A DNA stretch of 64,000 nucleotides from an uncultured bacterium (lineage in GTDB: Bacteria > Krumholzibacteriota > Krumholzibacteriia > LZORAL124-64-63). A program made the translations under genes and the position numbers. The stretch spans positions 96,001 through 160,000 of the forward strand of contig CAVSGO010000003.1 of NCBI GenBank assembly GCA_963727525.1. Direction: 5' to 3'. The notes beneath the pieces are model-generated. The model was not told the origin of the DNA and ran no database searches. It was given only the letters and a program-made list of their open reading frames with translations. Positions 58,010 to 64,000 of the stretch are shown here, piece by piece; position 1 is the stretch's first letter; each line of letters begins with the position of its first letter.

Positions 58010-59521
58010 CTACCTCACGATCACCACGCGCCTGGCCTCGTGTCCGACTGCGCCGCTGGCGCGTAGCCAGTAGATACCCGACGCAAGGCGCCGCCCCGTG
58101 GCGTCGCGGCCGTCCCACGGGAGCGTGAGACCTCCGTCCTTGGCGGCGGGCGCGGGGCCCTCGTGCAGGCGGCGGACCACGTGGCCGCGCACGTCGACAA
58201 CCTCGACCGTCAACGAGCCGGCCGTCGGGGGACGCAGCGATACCTGGCAACTTCCGGACATCGGATTGGGCGCAACGCTCAGCGCGAGGTCGCCGAGCGG
58301 CGTCGACATCTCCACGCCGGTGATTCCGCAGCCCACGGGCCAGGCGCCGATCAGCCCGCAGTCGGGATTCGCCTCGGGAGCGCATGGCGAATCCGCGTCG
58401 AGCGTGAGGTCGCCGCCGGCCGCGTCGCAGAACAGCGGGTCGAGGCTGATGTTGCCGTCGAACCCCTCCTGGCCGGCGATGCAGCCGGTCCAGTCGCCGT
58501 TCACGTTGCCCCAGATGTCGCTACAGGACAGTTCGAAGAGGCCGCCGTCGCAGTACAGGGCGCCACCGCCCTCGTTGCCGGCGATCAGGGAGTTCGCAAC
58601 AGTGACCAGCGAACCGTAACCCGCCGAGATCGCCGCGCCGTGATCGGCGATGTTACCGACAAAGGTGCAGACGTCGACGCTGGCGCTACTGACCTGCAAG
58701 AACTCCAGTCCCGCGCCGGTGACCGCGCCTGCCCCATGGTTGCCAACGAAAGTAGAATGCGAGATCTCGACGGTGCCCTGGCCCACGCTCGCGCCGGCGC
58801 CGTAGCCCGACTCGACGGCGTTGTCCTTGAACAGGCAGCCGGTGATGACGAGCGACTCGGGGTCGATCCCCTCGAGCCCACCGCCGACCTGGAATCCCCG
58901 GTTCTCCACGAAGTGGCAGTCGGTGAGCAAGGCGGAGGCCTGGAACAGCCACACGCCGCCACCACCGCCCCACCACGCCGTGTTACCCGTGAACGCGCAA
59001 CGCAGGAAGGTGGGGTTGGCATGCAGCCCGGCCGCCACCCCACCACCGTCCTTCGCCGTGCAATCGCGCACGGCGACGTCGATGAACGTGGGCGATGCGT
59101 AGTCGCCGATGAGGATCGCGCCACCGCACGATTCGAGATCCGGAGGATCGGTGCCCGTGGCGTACCCGTGCGTGATGGTCAACGCCTGGATCACGGAACC
59201 CGGTCCCTCGGACCAGTCGAAGATGAATGCTCGGTGGGGATCATTCGCGCTGCCCTCGCAATCGATGACACAGGCGGACGGGTCGGCCGCAAGGCCGCGA
59301 ATGGTCAGCGGCTTGCCGTGCAGGTGGATGTCGCGGTTGCCCTCGCCGGTATAGGTGCCCGGCGCCAGCTCGATCACCGAGTTCCACGGCGCTGCGCCGA
59401 TCGCGGCCTGGACGGTGGCGTAGTCGCCGGTCCCTTCGGCGTTGACGAGCAAGGTGTCCGCACGCGCGGCCGCGGCAATCAGGAGTACCGTGCACAATAT
59501 GGAGACGTGGCGCGTCGACAT
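58010..59521 (-). CDS. Secreted right-handed beta-helix protein with FlgD-Ig/T9SS-like tail
   Basis: Signal peptide; DYATVQAAI, LAPGTY, repeated F..N.A..GG, GNISLDPLF, DSPC; PNP...WDGRD...GIYWLR tail; GGAGG RBS. Confidence 0.87.
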   Translation of the reverse strand: MSTRHVSILCTVLLIAAAARADTLLVNAEGTGDYATVQAAIGAAPWNSVIELAPGTYTGEGNRDIHLHGKPLTIRGLAADPSACVIDCEGSANDPHRAFIFDWSEGPGSVIQALTITHGYATGTDPPDLESCGGAILIGDYASPTFIDVAVRDCTAKDGGGVAAGLHANPTFLRCAFTGNTAWWGGGGGVWLFQASALLTDCHFVENRGFQVGGGLEGIDPESLVITGCLFKDNAVESGYGAGASVGQGTVEISHSTFVGNHGAGAVTGAGLEFLQVSSASVDVCTFVGNIADHGAAISAGYGSLVTVANSLIAGNEGGGALYCDGGLFELSCSDIWGNVNGDWTGCIAGQEGFDGNISLDPLFCDAAGGDLTLDADSPCAPEANPDCGLIGAWPVGCGITGVEMSTPLGDLALSVAPNPMSGSCQVSLRPPTAGSLTVEVVDVRGHVVRRLHEGPAPAAKDGGLTLPWDGRDATGRRLASGIYWLRASGAVGHEARRVVIVR

Positions 59522-59805
59522 GACTGAACCTCCTGCATGGAGCGTCGCAGATGGGGGTCGCGGAACGTCGTCTGTATCGATTATCGCGTCGCAAAATGGA
59601 ACCTGCCGAGCATATCACACCCGGTGTGCCGATGTCTGCCGGGCCGCGTATTCATGGGCAGACCAGCCGGATGGAGCTCTTATGTTGTTTGAATATAATG
59701 TGTTATTGGCTTGCCCGCGGGACGCGGGCGGAACACTCCTCTGCCCCCGGGGAGCCCACAGTAGCGTGCGGCGACCGAAGCCGTACGACCATGGCCTGAT
59801 TCTAT

Positions 59806-59837
59806 ATATTGACAAAGTCTAGAATTGGATTAATTAT
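59806..59837 (+). promoter_or_regulatory. Promoter and FurA-like operator of fur-katG
   Basis: TTGACA at 59809 inside the imperfect palindrome ATATTGAC-AAA-GTCTAGAA; AT-rich -10 region about 7 nt before the ATG. Confidence 0.65.
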
Positions 59838-59843
59838 CTCCAC

Positions 59844-62524
<2,681 letters not shown>

Positions 62525-62679
62525 TCGTTCCGGGCGGGTCGGACCCTGGCGCCCGACCCGCCAATCCCCCGACTTCGTAAGCATATCCCGATGAACAGGT
62601 TATGAAGTCCAGCCGGCTGGACTCCCCAGCCGTGACAGCCGACACAGGCTGCGGGCATCCGGCATGAGAATTTGTGGGG

Positions 62680-62721
62680 TTGCTATACATGGCACTGCAA
62701 TGTATAATGCTGCCATGTATA
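62680..62721 (+). promoter_or_regulatory. PadR operon promoter with inverted-repeat operator
   Basis: TTGCTA-N17-TATAAT overlapped by the perfect 11-bp inverted repeat TATACATGGCA...TGCCATGTATA. Confidence 0.75.
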
Positions 62722-62776
62722 TCAGAGCCTGGCTTTTTAGGATCTGGCATCCGAACACCCCGCGAGGTCTCGAGAC

Positions 62777-63163
62777 ATGGACATCAACAAGGACCTGATG
62801 GCGGCGTCCTCGACGCCGATCGTGCTGGCGATCCTGGCCGAGGGCGACAGCTACGGGTACGCCATCATCAAGCGGGTGCGGGAGCTGTCCGGTGGGCACA
62901 TGGAGTGGACGGACGGGATGCTGTATCCCGTGCTGCACCGGCTCGAACGGCTAGGGCACGTGGAGGCACGGTGGGAGGTCGCGGAGACTGGCCGCCGTCG
63001 CAAGTACTACCGGATCACGGATGGGGGCCGCGCGCAGCTCGCGGCGGAACGCAAGCAATGGCAGGCGGTGGACGCGACGTTGCGCGGCCTCTGGTCGATC
63101 CTCCCGATCTTCACGACGATCAACGAACAGGCGCCGATGGCGCCGTTTCCGCGAGGAGTCTGA
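62777..63163 (+). CDS. PadR-family transcriptional regulator
   Basis: SYGYAII, DGMLYPVLHRLE, RRKYYRIT..G. Confidence 0.93.
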   Translation: MDINKDLMAASSTPIVLAILAEGDSYGYAIIKRVRELSGGHMEWTDGMLYPVLHRLERLGHVEARWEVAETGRRRKYYRITDGGRAQLAAERKQWQAVDATLRGLWSILPIFTTINEQAPMAPFPRGV

Positions 63164-63166
63164 GCG

Positions 63167-64000
63167 ATGACAGCTCCGGACCACGAGATCGCGCTCGAGA
63201 ACCAGATCGATCAGTGGCGCACCTTCCTGCGCCGGCGACAGTCGATCCACGCCGTCGACGTGGCGGAGCTGGAAGACCATCTGCGCGAGCAGATCGAGGC
63301 ACTGGTCGACGCAGGGCTCGCGACCGACGAGGCGTTCCTCGTGGCGGTGAAGCGTATGGGCAACCTCGACACGCTGTCGCGGGAATTCGCGCGCGAGCAC
63401 TCGGACCGTCTGTGGAAGCAGCTCGTCGTCGCGCCTGCCGTGGTCGGGGAGCCGGGGACGGGCCCGGTCAGGGAGGCGGTCGTCGCCATCGGCCTCGCGA
63501 TCGCGGCGGCGGCGCTCATCAAGATCCCGGCACTCTTCGGGATGGACCTCGGCAGGGACGCCCACTTCTACGCCCGCAACCTGAGCTTCTTCGTGCTGCC
63601 CCTGCTGACCGGATACTTCGTCTGGAAGCGACAACTCGTCGTCCACACGTTGATCTGGCTGGCGCTGGCATTCGTGGTGGCGGGCGTCTTCGCCAACGCC
63701 TACCCCTTTGTGACCCGCGGCTCCGTCGAGGCGCTCACGGCGTTGCACCTGCCGATCGCGTTGTGGCTCGCCGTGGGCATCGCGTATGCGGGTGGCCGCT
63801 GGGGCCAGGTGGCCGGTCGCATGGACTTCATCCGCTTCTCCGGCGAGCTGTTCATCTACTACGCGCTGATCGCTCTCGGCGGCGGTGTCCTCTCGATGTT
63901 CATGATGATGATCTTCAAGGCCATCGGAGTGGACGCGGAGCCCTTCTTCCAGTCGTGGCTGCTGCCGTGTGGCGCCACCGGAGCCGTGCTGATCGGTTCA
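63167..64000 (+). CDS. Permease-prefix-domain membrane protein (partial, runs off the right edge)
   Basis: Not in the ORF track. ATG 63167 after GAGGAG: MTAPDHEIALENQIDQWR...ELEDHLREQIEALVDAGLATDEAFLVAVKRMG, then multiple TM segments. Confidence 0.85.
   Translation, partial: MTAPDHEIALENQIDQWRTFLRRRQSIHAVDVAELEDHLREQIEALVDAGLATDEAFLVAVKRMGNLDTLSREFAREHSDRLWKQLVVAPAVVGEPGTGPVREAVVAIGLAIAAAALIKIPALFGMDLGRDAHFYARNLSFFVLPLLTGYFVWKRQLVVHTLIWLALAFVVAGVFANAYPFVTRGSVEALTALHLPIALWLAVGIAYAGGRWGQVAGRMDFIRFSGELFIYYALIALGGGVLSMFMMMIFKAIGVDAEPFFQSWLLPCGATGAVLIGS

Noticed and set aside
59590..59720. Sigma54 promoter for the beta-helix gene near an AT-rich tract
   Set aside because: No convincing -24/-12 pair (TGGCA-like GG with a correctly spaced TGC) was found on the minus strand.

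Overview
High-GC bacterial DNA. Three secreted proteins carry the same C-terminal FlgD-Ig/T9SS-type-A-like tail, which suggests a Fibrobacterota-Chlorobiota-Bacteroidota-related candidate lineage such as Krumholzibacteriota, Latescibacterota or Eisenbacteria (inference only). The left part (1-37.9 kb) looks mostly like core chromosome: an ECF sigma/anti-sigma pair, an LVIVD protein, hydG-hydE behind a Rex-like operator (no hydF or hydA in the window), transporters, a coupled active plus catalytically dead M14 carboxypeptidase pair, degP, a Na/Pi cotransporter with a PhoU-domain gene, def, pyk, cyclophilin, tpx, an RNA methyltransferase, a hybrid histidine kinase and a TPR sigma54 activator, ending at tRNA-Asn(GTT). 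To the right of the tRNA is a patchwork accessory region with IS scars and gene relics but no integrase. It holds a serine hydrolase with rebuilt motifs, an S41 peptidase, a two-component/sigma54 module upstream of a signal-peptide rubrerythrin and a DUF2231 membrane protein, an alcohol dehydrogenase, a DEAD-box helicase, two Ser/Thr kinase-TPR receptors, a fur-katG operon and a PadR operon. No CRISPR array, rRNA or prophage was seen. The best candidates for undescribed biology are the exported-rubrerythrin module, the active/dead M14 pair, the hydGE pair without hydF/hydA and the motif-swapped serine hydrolase. All calls come from reading motifs by eye; no database search was run.
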